Below are positions 11,943-24,092 of a DNA stretch of 64,000 nucleotides, piece by piece. Within the stretch, counting starts at the first letter, position 1, and every line of letters starts with the position of its first letter. The position numbers were made by a program, and so were the translations under genes. The DNA is taken from contig VJWM01000116.1 in the NCBI GenBank assembly GCA_010909165.1, forward strand, positions 62,001-126,000, in the 5' to 3' direction. The notes beneath the pieces are model-generated. The model was not told the origin of the DNA and made no database searches. It worked only from the letters and a program-made list of their open reading frames with translations. This stretch comes from Anthoceros angustus (Eukaryota; Plantae; Anthocerotophyta).

Positions 11943-14005
11943 GCTCAATGTCTGCCTTGGTGCACACATGCGGTGTTGTGTGTCGTGAAACTTAGAGGCA
12001 GTTACCTTGTCAGAGCTTCAGCATTGGTACCCTGCTCGGGCCTCATGACCAGTTGTCCCTCACTTGTATCCCACTGTACTACCTGTTCGGTGAGGAGCTC
12101 TGTGCCAATTCGCTGCAACTGCGCCAAGTTCTCTGCTGAGGAATCATCCAGGGACAAGGTGTCGCCCGGCATGGAGTAGGCCTGCGGTGCCAAGGAGAAG
12201 ATTAGAAGTGAGGGTTTAAGGAGAAAATGAGACAGGTGGTTTGGGAAACCTGAATCCGAAGGTAGTTGTCCATGCATTGCTGTGCCTCGAAGAAGGAAGA
12301 GACAGAGTAGTCCACATTACTTGCGCTAGCCCCCAAAACCATGTTCAATATCGGTACTCTCCCATGGTCGTAAACCCAGGACAGGAGTCCCCATTCGGCT
12401 ACGTCTTTGGCTTGGTAAGACGAAATCTGCTCCCCGGTGCCGAGCGATAGCACTAGGAAGTCCGAATATCCCTGCATGATAGACATGCAGGCCACTTTTC
12501 ATTGTCAAGATGCATGCGTACACCATACATTTGCTTGAGTGACCAACATGACAAGCTTGCAACTTCAACTGCCTGGCCGCTACTGACCTGGAACATGCGG
12601 ACGTCGTCAAACTGGTGTCCCCGGGCCCGCTGCATCTCTTGTACGCCATGCAAGATTGCGGCGAATGTCTGCGGATCAGAGTGCCGGCAATTACTATGTG
12701 CAGGTTCCCGTGGATCAGGTTGAATGTCAAATCCTTATATCCACCCTCAAGGATTAAGGCCTGGGGATTTGGAGCTCACCGGGTTGCCGTTTGATATGGC
12801 TCCATCCACGCAGTTAAATTCCTCTTCTCTGCCTGAGGGATCCGAGGTTTTGAAATACGCTGCTGGAAAGTAGGTGGGGGCCGCGGTCGTGGCCCGGCAA
12901 GCCTGTCGGAGGAGCGGATCAAGAAGCGCATTCCTCCCTGCCTGTCGAAGTGCAAATTAAACATTAGCTGGAAATCGGACTCATGTGATGTGGATGTTGC
13001 ACATGCCTACGAGCAATTTTGGTCACACACGGAGTACTGCGCAGCGGATTTACCTCCAGCTTCGAGAGGAACCTTGGCTGTTCCATCTTCACATCGAAGA
13101 CCGGAAGCAGTACATCCGTAAATGTTTCATGCAGTCGGATGTCACCAAAATGCTCAGTTAGAACCTGTTCAATGGCCTTAGCAGAATACCTGGGGCCAAA
13201 GAGAAGGGATATATTGCTCCATACTCGTCCTAACCAGCCACTGCGCCAGTGCACAACGAAGTTCGAGAGTTGGTATGCGTCCGGTTTAGCTCTAACATTC
13301 AGTGGCAAGCCATTTGACTATCTGCTGAGGCAGTGTAGGGTTCAGAAATGGAGGACAATGAAAGAACCATGGGGATTCATAAGCCTTACGAGAATTTTGC
13401 AGGTGGAAAGATCACTTTGGCCTCGTCCAAGTAGAATGAGGAGACATCCGTAGCTGAGTGGCGAGGCCGATTGGTAGCGGGGTCGACAACGTTAAGAAGG
13501 CCAGCAATCAGGCCTCCAGTACTAGTTCCCGCGATGATATCAAAGTAGTCAGCAATGCGCACTTCTGGCCCGTCCAGACTCTGCAATTTTCTTGTCGCAA
13601 GGTGCGTTAACAAACTTTGTGTGGACTATCTACTCTCATCAATCTGCGTACTTTCTTTTCCGAGGATCCTTCAGATGAGCAAAAAAGCGCCAAGAAGGGA
13701 TTGAATCCTTGCCTGAAGTGCAGCTTCAAGATATTCAAGAATTTTGGCAGGGATGACGCCCCGAACGCCACCGCCATCGATGCTCAGCACTGTAATCCTT
13801 CTTCCTCGAGCTCCCTGCGGCTTGAAGGTGTACGGGAGAGCAGGAGCTCCACCGTCTGCAACTCGGCTGTTTGTTATGTTTTATGCCCGCACAATTCTAG
13901 GTTTTCTGGAGAAGGAAATCCTGCCTCCCCTTGCGATGCCTGAAAGAAGCACATACCTGGTGCAGATGAGGATGACCGAGGTCTCGGACTCGAGACGCTG
14001 GCCAT
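11829..14005 (-). CDS. Patatin-like phospholipase A (pPLA-II type), catalytic motifs intact
   Basis: [16 protein letters not shown] (oxyanion hole), [16 protein letters not shown] (GxSxG), [23 protein letters not shown] (catalytic Asp), [15 protein letters not shown] and TNAEALTR|[12 protein letters not shown]...*. Confidence 0.92.
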
Positions 14006-15000
14006 GATCTGATCTTGATCCAAGCTGAGAAACGTGTGCACTCCGCAGAAGGCCGGGAAGGACTCAGAGACGCGCAGAGAAATTTGTTGGACGCGCGGTC
14101 GTTTATGTTCAGCATGTGTTCAAATCGTGTGTGTGTTTGCTTTCAAGAGGATCAGGCAGAAGCCGTGACTGCATTCTGGCTGCGAGCGAGGGGGCAAGAC
14201 CACAGCGCGTCCGACGGAGTTGTAGCCGTGCACGTGGCTGCTCCATGGAGAGGCTATTGCATTCGGATTGATCCATCCTATCCAGGTCTGCTGCTACAGC
14301 TGCGAAGCAGCGCCTGCTTGAGGGAAACAAACTTGCCTGCCGAGCGCGCAGCCAAATTGATGTGCCAATCAGGGAGCAATTCAAGGTGCCGCGCTCGGTA
14401 ATGACAGTGGAGGACGTGTCAACTGCCAGGATGTTTTTATTCTTGGAATCAGCTCGAACTTGTCCCAGTTCCACTGGATATACCGCTCGGAACACGGAAG
14501 ATTGCGATGGATGCCTTCAAAACCCTGTAGGTCTCGAGGCAGCTAAACGAGTTGCGTGTACGCCTGTGTGAGAATTGCGCGCGCCAGAAGTGTGGCAGCT
14601 GCACAGATCCGTTCGGGTCCTGTGCTTGGTTTGTCCATACCAACAGGGGCTCTAGAAGTGTAGATCCGAGTCCGTGAGAGTCTGACTGGATGAATTTTGC
14701 AAATTCCGAACACTCCTGCTGGCAGTCACGTCTCAAGGTCCACATGAGGAGAGTCGACACAAAGTGTGTGTCATGACAGTGAGGAAGTCCAGCATTCTTT
14801 TGTTGACAGTTTTCTTACGCGACAGAGATATAGCAGCTGAGCTGAGCACTGCACTGTGCATGTTGGCCATTGCCAGTCCGACGCTTCCTCCTGGGGGAGA
14901 ATCGTGTATCCATACCGCCATGGCTTTGTGTGGGCAATCCTAGCCTTTGTTTTCCTTTTGGTGAATTGGGCAATCCTAGCCCTTGCTGCAGGAAGGGGCA

Positions 15001-17432
15001 ATGGTGGAGTTGCAGCAGACGTGCATGGACGGCGAGCTATGCTGGTGGTGGGTGGGGGTTTTGTGGGGCCTGGCCGCGCTCGCTGTGGGAGCTGCTTGGC
15101 TGTTCGGAAAGAGGTACAATTCCTTGCTTTACATCCCCAAGCTGGGGCCGGGGCAGAAGCCTATCCCTCCCGGGAGTCTGGGATATCCTGTGGTTGGGGA
15201 GACTCTGGAGCTGTTTTCAGACTTCAGTCGGGGTGAGCCTGATGGCTTCTGGAAGAAGCGGGTTGCAAGGTGAGGATTACAATCTCAGACTATCGGTTGT
15301 CACATTGGGATATGAATTAGATCCACTGCTGTAAGAATTGGAGGGCTTTAGAAGGTTGCAAGGTTAGTCTGTTGCTCAATTTCTTGGTGCATTGGCTTTG
15401 GCACTGTGGTGAAGGTATGGGAAGGCGGGGTGGTACAAGACGCACCTGTTTGGGCAGCCCACCATCATGGCCACGGTTCCGGAGGCGGTGAAGCTGGTGC
15501 TGCTGAGCGACAGCAAGTTCGTGAGCGGGTGGCCAGACTCCACCAAGAAGGTGGTGGGGAGAAAGTCCTTCCTGTGCATCTCCGGGGAGGAGCACAAGAG
15601 GCTCCGCCACCTCATCACTCCTGCTGTGCAAGGGCCCAGCACCCTGCGGAGAGTGGTGCCCAGAGTGGAAGCTCTGGCTCTGAAGGCGCTCAGATCGTGG
15701 GCAAAGCAAGGGAAGGTGGACATGGTCGCTGAGCTGCACAAGGTTGTTGCAACAGACGGATATCAGATTCTGCTATCTCGCATGCTCAATGCATTCAGCC
15801 AGTGCTGTAAATCAAGATTCTGACATCGTCCAGTTCACTGTCCCGACTGCCAGTTCACTTTCAACATCATCGCGGACATGCTGATGAGCATACAGCCGGG
15901 GCCAGAAAACGATGCTTTCTGCCACGAATTCCAATCTCTCGCGCTTGGACTCCGTACGTTCCACATCAACCTGCCAGGCACAGCTTTCAACCGAGCTCTT
16001 AAGGTAAGGATTCCTACATGCTGTCCGAAGCTCAAACTGCATCCTTGCTTGCACTAGGCCCGCGGGCATGAGCTCCATCCCATAGCAACTGTTCAGCCTG
16101 CGCCTGCGCCAGACACGACCCACTCACGGGTTCTCTTGAATTCATTTCACAATGGGGCCTGCACGGTTTGCCATTTCCAGGGCCGGGCTAAGATCCTGGG
16201 ACGCATGAACACAGCTATCCAGGCCAGGAGGGCCCTGATGGCCGCAGGCACAGAGAAGGACATGCCCAGAGATGTCCTGCAAGAAATGATAGAAAGCACC
16301 GATGAGCAGAGTCGGAAACTGAGTAACGAAGAGATCATGGATGTCATGATCGTCTTCTTCCTGGCGGGCCATGAGACATCCGCCACGGGAGCTCTTTGGA
16401 TAATGCTGTTCCTCCACAAGCACCCAACTGTGTTGGCCAAACTCCAGGTGCCTAAGTTGCTTGGCTGGTTGTGACTGATGTCCGGTTCATTTGATCTTCC
16501 TTCTTAGTGTGCACTGCAGGGACAGGAGTGGATTTCTTTTATACCTTGATGCAGAATACTTACCCACCTGTTCCTGTAACATCCCTTGTAAACAGGCAGA
16601 ACAACGAAAGGTCTGCGAGGAGAAATGTAAAGCAGAGGGCTTTTCGTACGCAGATTACAAGGGCATGACGTACATGCACGCGGTGAGTAGCACCCGGGGC
16701 CTGGGATAACTTTTTATTGCACACACACTCTGCCCAATATTACGATCAGTCGTCTCAATTCTTCTCTAGGTTATTGACGAGATGCTGAGACTGGTCAACC
16801 TCTCTCCATTTACATTCCGCAAAGCCAAGGAGGACGTGGAGGTTAGCGGTAAGAGTCCACAGCTCCCTTTTCCCAGCTTCCTGGTGGTGCCCAGTGAAAT
16901 GTGAACAGGGAAGGCTCACTGATGACCAGTGGGCACGTCAGGTTTCACCATTCCTAAGGGGTGGAGCGTGCAAGCTTGGTTGAGGGCAACACACATGGAT
17001 CCAGAAACGTACCCGGATCCCTACACATTCAACCCGGATCGCTGGAAAAAGGTAAGGTCTAGATTTGTTCGTACCTTGCTCCCCAGGTCAATTCCTCCCT
17101 GCTGCAATCTTCTGTGTGCATTACAGGGGGAGAAGCTCAAAGCTGGAGCTTTCACTCCTTTTGGAGCGGGAGGACGGTCTTGCGTTGGCATGGATTTGGC
17201 AAAGCTTGAACTGTCCATCATCGTGCACCACCTCGTCTTGGGCTACAGGTAAAGACCAAGAATGTGCACTTTCTCCTACAGAAGTGAAACGGCAAACTAA
17301 AATGTGTAGTGCCTGTGTTCTCTGGTGCTGTTGAGTTGCAGGTGGGAGCCAGTCAACCCCATCTCAAAGATCAAGTACCTTCCACATCCCAAACCCGGCA
17401 ATGGCTACCTTGTGAATTTCTATCAGCAATAA
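15001..17432 (+). CDS. Cytochrome P450, CYP85 clan, CYP88/ent-kaurenoic acid oxidase-like
   Basis: PPGSLGYPVVG, GWPDSTKKVVGRKSFLCISGEEHKRLR, I-helix AGHETS, EMLR (ExxR), FNPDRW, heme motif PFGAGGRSCVG and C-terminal YLPHPKP. The GWP...G.KSF...EEHKRLR and YLPH.(R/K)P segments are typical of CYP88. Confidence 0.88.
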
Positions 17433-17868
17433 CAGGTAAGACGTTAAGGCCTGTAACCCATTCATGTTCTCCTGCTCCGTGCATGGTTCAAACAAGGACC
17501 TGGAAACTTTGTACAGTCACAAAGTTTGACAAAAAACAGAACCACATTCGCGATGGATACCAAACCCAATACTTGGGCAGTAAGAATTTGATACTGTACA
17601 ATGTTCTTTCTGTTACTCTCAGTTGGCCTTCGGATCTGAAAAATCCGCAGACTGCAGAGGCATGATAACCCAAAGCATAAAACAAAATATCCAATAGCAG
17701 GCCACTCGTGGCAAGAGTGGGTGGCTTGACTAGCAAAAAAACACATGCAGTCGTTGAGGCTACGCATAGACGCCTCGCTATAGTACATTTGCGCTTCATT
17801 AGGAAGCAAAATGCACAAACGCCAAAGCATACTTAAAGCCTTGACATCTTCGGAACTTGCTTCGATGG

Positions 17869-20433
17869 TCAAGGTCCATGGCTAGAGGGCGAGAAAACTT
17901 GCTGCAGTTGTGTTTGGAACTTCTGCAGAGGCACAAAAAGATGATGCATATGTGGATGATAATCCCGAGGTGTACAACCGCTTTCCATTTTTTCCAGCTT
18001 CTTGATGATCTCTGTGAAGGGAGGTCTCTCCGCCGGAGATTGTTCCCAGCATGCTTGAATGAGCCTGAAGTCATATAAAAGACCAACACTTAAGTTCCGG
18101 GAGCCGTTACGCACGAAGAGGGAGAGCGGCCCACTAGCGGAACCATAAAAAAAACTGAACAAAAACGACGACCGTAGCACAGCTGGACATACTCTTTCAT
18201 GTCGTCTGGGTAGTCCGCCTTGAAAGCAGGGCGTTGGGCATGTTTGGCCACACATCTTGCTGCATCGTAGGGGTCCACGTTTTCAAAAGGAGGATGCCCT
18301 TCAAACATCTGCTCGACCAAAATCAACATCCCAGCTTACAGTTGGAGAGAAGGAGTGTTGCCTTAAAATCAGAGAGTCGCAACAAAGTGATCAAAAGTAC
18401 CTCATACAGAATCATTGCAAAAGAGAACACATCCACTTTGGTGTCATAATGGGCGTGCTCAAAGACTTCCGGGGCCATGTAACGGTCTGTTTCATCATCG
18501 ACAGGCCATTACCATACGAAGCAAAACGACAGTCCACAGAGCTCACAGCCTGGCAATGCCTAAACTCAAAATGTGTCTAGAAATGCTTACAGCTGCCTGT
18601 CTCCCCAGTTAATTTGTACATGTCATGAAGATATTTAGCCTCAACAAGCTTGCTCAGGCCAAAGTCTCCCACCTTCAGACGATCACCATCTCCTACTAAA
18701 ATGTTTCTGAATGAAGGTAAGCAAAAGTAAGGCACGTGCAATATTTCCAAGTATTGGATGCCAGAAGCTAAAACTTTCAGAAACGACATTTTTTCAACAG
18801 AGGTCAGCTTCTCTACTGTGGTATAGCAATCACCTGGGCTTGAGATCCCGATGAATGATAACACCCTTCGTCCCACTATGCAAATAAGCAATGCCCCTGC
18901 AAACAGCAATGTGTTAGCATGTCACCCAACAATTGACAAGATAACTTACAGCCCTGGCTGCAGAACTAAGAATCCATACCGCGCCATGTCAAGCGCAAAA
19001 TGGATAGCATGGGATGCCTTTAGAGGGTATCTCTCCTTCAGTACTCGGTGCAGATCCCCCTTGAATAAGAAGAAAACAAACGATGGAATCTCATTTTCTG
19101 AGCAAAATCAGATTCCAAGGAAAATTCCAGCCTGTCACACAATGTGAAACTCAGAGTTGATAAGGACTGCTGGAGTACCCCAGAGAGATATTCAGTGACC
19201 AATATGAGTGGCTTCTCTTTGGTCACAGCACCCAAAAACTGAACACAATTTGGATGACGGATGCGCACAAGCAAACTCACTTCGTGGCGGAAATCCTTTC
19301 TGGTATAACAACGGTGCTCCATAAGCAACAGTTGAAAGGCAGCCCATCCAAAGAGTAAAACCACAGCATCATGAAACAGGTACCTCCCACAAATGCTGAC
19401 ACGCTAATGCAATAAGGTTGCATCAATCCACATTCTAGACCCAGAAGAATTACACAACAACAGCAGACAGGGATTGACCTCCGCTGCTTCAACTCTTGCG
19501 AACACTTGTCACAGACACCATGACCAGGAAAAGATGCTCACACAACCAACTCATCGTTGGACAAAGCTGGCAAGATCTTCTTCACGGCCACCGGTGTGCC
19601 CCGCCACATTGCTTTCCTGATTTCTCCAAAAGAGCCCTGCAAACGATATCAAACAAAGCAACCACAAGGCACAGTCATATAGAGCTCTGAGTACGTCAGT
19701 TCAGGTAACAACGCATTCAGAACAATGTTCTGACCTTGCCAATGGGCTCGCTAGTACTGAGGTCAATCTCTTTGGGATCAATTTCCCAGTCTGCTCTATG
19801 TGGCTTAGGAGGCACGACCTTCATCTCGTGGTTATCACCATACTGGCCCTTCAGCAACCACCAGGCACTCCATCAGCTGCAACAACACGTACATACAGTG
19901 CAAAACTCTACCAATGAGCAAGACAAGTGAGTCAGTTACCAGTCAACAGCGGCCACAACAACAATGCAAAGTACAACATCACACTGACAAGGAAAGCTAC
20001 CCCAAGGTTCTGGCCCCCATGTCTCTCCAGAAGCTGTCTCATCTCCTTCTTGTCATTCTCGATCGCATCATGCAATGGCTGAGAGAAGTCTGATCAGAAA
20101 CACATACAACATCCCAGCAACCCATCAAGCGCAGAAAATGCCCCTGACCAGAGCCCACATCAAGTACCTACATACCGAGTTCTTCCTGCGATCCAACTCG
20201 TTCACCGCAGCCCCATGCCGCAGCAGAATCTCAGCTGACCGAACAGCCCCGTGCGTCGCTGCCACATGCAGGGCTGTGCGGCCATCGTAGTCTTTGTCAT
20301 TCACCAGGTCTCTGTTGTTAGTCAGCAGCTGGTCAAGAGCACCAGGATCGTGCATAACAGCCCAGAGTAGCTTGCTCACACCCACGGAATGGGTGGTCTC
20401 TTTCGACCGATGACCACCATCACTTTGGCTCAT
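17869..20433 (-). CDS. VIK: Ankyrin-repeat Raf-like kinase (integrin-linked kinase family, VH1-interacting kinase-like)
   Basis: Ankyrin DYDGRTALHVAA; DWEIDPKEID; GK|GSFGEI; WRGTPVAVK; RHPNCVQFLGAVT; IIHRDLKPR|NIL; KVGDFGLSKL; YKLTGETGS|YRYMAPEVF. Confidence 0.9.
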
Positions 20434-21050
20434 TGTGATCACCCGCTGCACCGCGGACAGGTGTAGGCAAGAGCGAAACCCTGGAATGCCAGCAGCTGCT
20501 TGCACTTCCCGCAACTGACACTTGTCCCGCTACTGCGCCCAGCACGAGAAATATCCAGTGCCCAACGCTTAAGTAGGCGAGTCCACGCCGACGGCCTGAA
20601 GGACCGAGCACGCCCGGGCCCCCCCAATGCGGACCGCAAGGCCGCAGGACCAGGCCCACGAGATCAGATTCTCACCGTGTGATATCACACCGACGCCTGC
20701 TGGGCAGAGGCATAGGGGCACCAGAGTTGGCAGCGTAATCGGAGTTGGATTCGAGTCCTGAAATAGCAGCAGCCAGGAGCCAGGAGCCAGGACCCGCGTG
20801 TGCTGCCTTGCCTAGCTGGGAGCAGAGCGTAGCACTTTCCCACGTTTTCCTGCTTGCCTGCACCGAGACGCGGGTTCAGGTGGGTCTTGCTGGGGTGTTT
20901 CCAGATGGCAGCAGCCTTCCGGCGCACCGCCTCGGCTTCCAGGTGTGTTGGGATTCTGCTGATTGCTGCTGCTCGGGTTGGGGACGTGTGAGGATTCGCT
21001 CACGGTGCTGCGTCGCACGGCTGGTTGTGTGTGAATCAGTCAGGGCCGAG

Positions 21051-23251
21051 ATGCGTCTCTGTTTAAGCCTTCCCAGTCGGAAGTTGATCTCTACCGGCAG
21101 AACGTGGAGGATCTGCTGGCCGATTCCCCCTCGGAAAACGATGGGTCACCAGAGAGCAGAGTCATGCTGTATCCTTGCTTCTTGCTTGGCCTGTCTGGGT
21201 TCATGCGCTGAGACTGTGCATGTGCAATATATGGGCTCTCTTTTTTTGCGGAGCACAGATCGGTGGGAGTGCCTTAACTTAATTACTTCAGACGTGATCT
21301 TCTGGACATCAGCCCAGTTTTGAACGAAGCTGCCAGCGCGATCATAGATGTAGGCCTCTCTGCATGATGCCTTGCCACTTCTGCGGACCGTCGCTGTGCG
21401 AGACGAGATGTGGCTAACTTGGCTCGCAAATTTCTGGCAGGATTCGTTTACGAGATGTTTCAAGTCGAATCCACCAGAACCATGGAATTGGAACGCATAC
21501 TTGTTCCCTCTGTGGTGTCTGGGAGTGGTCGTGAGATATGGAGTTCTTTTCCCAGTAAGGTACTTGTCCAACCTGTCGGTTTACCTGCCAGGCATCCATT
21601 TGAAGCGTTGAGATGGGACTCGATGGCTGCTACTGATACCAGTCAGTCTCCAGACTGTGTCTACTTGCAGTTGGCTGGGTAATCTTCCTTGTACTCTTCA
21701 TGGGTGTACATTTCTCTCTGAAAGGTCATGACAGGCTGCGGAAGAAGTTGGAGGTCAGTATGATGGCGGATCTTGCAGGCTTTTATTGAGTTTCGTGAGG
21801 ATGCGTGATTTCGAAGCTAGCCTGATCGGGTTCTTATCTGAACGCTGCTTTTGTCCAAGGGCATACAGAGAGGTTTAGTGGAGTTCATCTGCAGTGTTTT
21901 CGTTGCTTCATGGACTGGGGTGATCAGATATCATGGGCCACGACCAAGCCGGCGAGCGAAGCAGGTGCAAATATTTGTTGTGGAGATAGTGTGATCAAGG
22001 GCACTAGTGTCGTTACCGTAAACTCGGTCTTACTCTGACAGCTTTCAAATAAATATTGCGTGAAGGCAGGTGTTTGTGGCAAACCACACGTCCATGATTG
22101 ACTTCATAGTCCTGGAGCAGATTACTGCATTTGCAGTTATCATGCAAAAGCATCCTGGCTGGGTTGGTAAGCAGCTGGTTGTTCAAAAGTTAACTGCTCT
22201 TGACAGGGTGGGATTGGTTCACATGTACATTCTTGATGATCCCTGCAGGTCTGCTGCAAACCACGGTGCTCGAAAGCTTAGGTTGCATATGGTTCAACCG
22301 GACAGAGTCAAAGGATCGATTGGTAGTCACTCGGAAGTAAGTCTATGACATTGTGGGATCTGTTTCCCTTTGCATATGCAGGAGGTTTGCTTTTTGTCCT
22401 GATGGTGGTCTCTCATTCTTGCAGACTGAGGGCGCACGTAGAAGACCCTGAAAGCAATCCTCTGCTCATCTTTCCGGAAGGGACCTGTGTCAACAACGAG
22501 TACACAGTGATGTTCAAAAAGGTAGGGTACAGGCATGTACTCAATAAGCATGACTTGTTGTATGGTCATGACCAGCCATTCCCCTGTTCATGAGGTTCTA
22601 TTGATGATTTGCAGCAGACTGACGCGTCCTTGTGAATCAGGGTGCATTTGAGCTCGACTGTACGGTGTGCCCCATAGCAATCAAGTACAACAAGATCTTT
22701 GTGGATGCGTTTTGGAACAGCAAGAAGTAGGGAATAGAGCCAGGATTTCCCTGCATGCCTAGTGGAAGCAGTTGAATTCTGTTCAATGTGTAACAAACTC
22801 TCTTTGCCCGGTTTGCAGACAATCTTTCACTATGCATCTACTACGGTTGATGACATCATGGGCTGTAGTTTGTGATGTGTGGTACCTTGAACCTCAAACT
22901 TTGCGACCCGGAGAATCAGCTATTGATTTTGCAGAAAGGTAGGGCATCTGGTTTACTTGCTGCTGCCTCGGTGCATTTTTTTCTTGATCCTCACAAAGTC
23001 TCTTCCGTACAGAGTGCGTGATCTGATAGCTAAGAGAGCTGGAGTGAAAAAGGTTCCTTGGGATGGCTACTTGAAATACTACCGGCCAAGTCCCAAACTC
23101 ACAGAAAAGAAGTACGAGTTGTCTGGTTTGCATCCCTTGTTTATGATGACACGTCTGCTTTTCACGTGAAAACTAACTTCTGTCCGCGAAAACCCTTTGC
23201 AGGCAGCAGAAGTTCTCTGAGGCAGTTCTCAGACGTTTAGCCGACAAATGA
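21051..23251 (+). CDS. GPAT9: Glycerol-3-phosphate acyltransferase 9 (complete copy)
   Basis: LDISPVLNEAASAIID|DSFTRCFKSNPPEPWNWNAYLFPLW, VFVANHTSMIDF (HxxxxD), QKHPGWVG, LLIFPEGTCVNNEYTVMFKK|GAFEL, KVPWDGYLKYYRPSPK; stop at 23249-23251. Confidence 0.95.
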
Positions 23252-23689
23252 CAAATCCTAGACATGGTGGTTTTGCAAGCCTTTACCAGCTACAATTTTG
23301 CACTCCCAAGCTTTCGCAGCTGACCACGCTGCTGATAAAGCGAGATCTTCACTGCTGATTTCAGACTGTTGATTTATCTCCTTTTCTGCGAGAATCAACA
23401 TTGTGAGATAAGAGTTCAAGAAAAGGTTTGGTGCCTGGTTGATCACTGACTCCGGTTTGTTGCCACTGGTTTTCCTTGTCGGCGGCGTCCTCTGTCCGCA
23501 CGGCACCTGCATTCCTTACGTTTAGCACACGGCATCAGTATACAGACGTGCGTTGACACGATTGCTCGGTGATGACACGCTTGCTCGGTGAAGGCGCAAA
23601 ACAGATTATGGATATGTCGTAGGTTGAGTACAGAATGGATTGGTATGTTTCTTACAGTGGCCTTTGGTGCCTTCCAATTGGTTGTCGAT

Positions 23690-23880
23690 CATGGTGCCGA
23701 GGTGGCCAGGTCCTAGCGCCACCACGAACATCCAAGCAGGGAGGAGGGAGAGTGCAAAACATACTCATTGCGGAGATTTCTCCCAAGTCGGCAAGACCAG
23801 TGAGCTCATCAAGGGACCATATCAATTTTAGGGTTAAAGAACCAGAGGACGCTAAAATTTGGGTAGAGGATGCTCGATGC
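23690..23880 (-). pseudogene. Remnant of the F-box gene 3' end (last ~23 codons plus 3' flank); repeated at ~40115-40305 and ~53720-53910
   Basis: Reverse complement aligns by eye to 35575-35790. It reads EHPL...LWFFNPKIDMVP*, against EHPLHNFITLRFFKPRFDLLP* in the intact gene. Confidence 0.8.
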
Positions 23881-24092
23881 CGTAGAATCAACGCTCTGTC
23901 CATGAAGAAGCCCGTGACAGAAATTTGGCTACATGAAAATTAATCCCCTACATCCCAGATCCATCAATAAATGAATGTCTTGTGCTGGCGCTACTGGTGT
24001 ACTGAGCAGGAGGAGATGACCATCTTCAACATACATGCCGCTGTATTAATAAAAAATAATTTAATTCAAATGCCTACCTCCTGTCATTGAAG

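Noticed and set aside
12690-12730. FNLIHGN in ORF 12326..12730 looked like a patatin DGG motif with the catalytic Asp lost
   Set aside because: It lies in an intron; the true exon (~12780-12940) encodes [13 protein letters not shown] with Asp intact.
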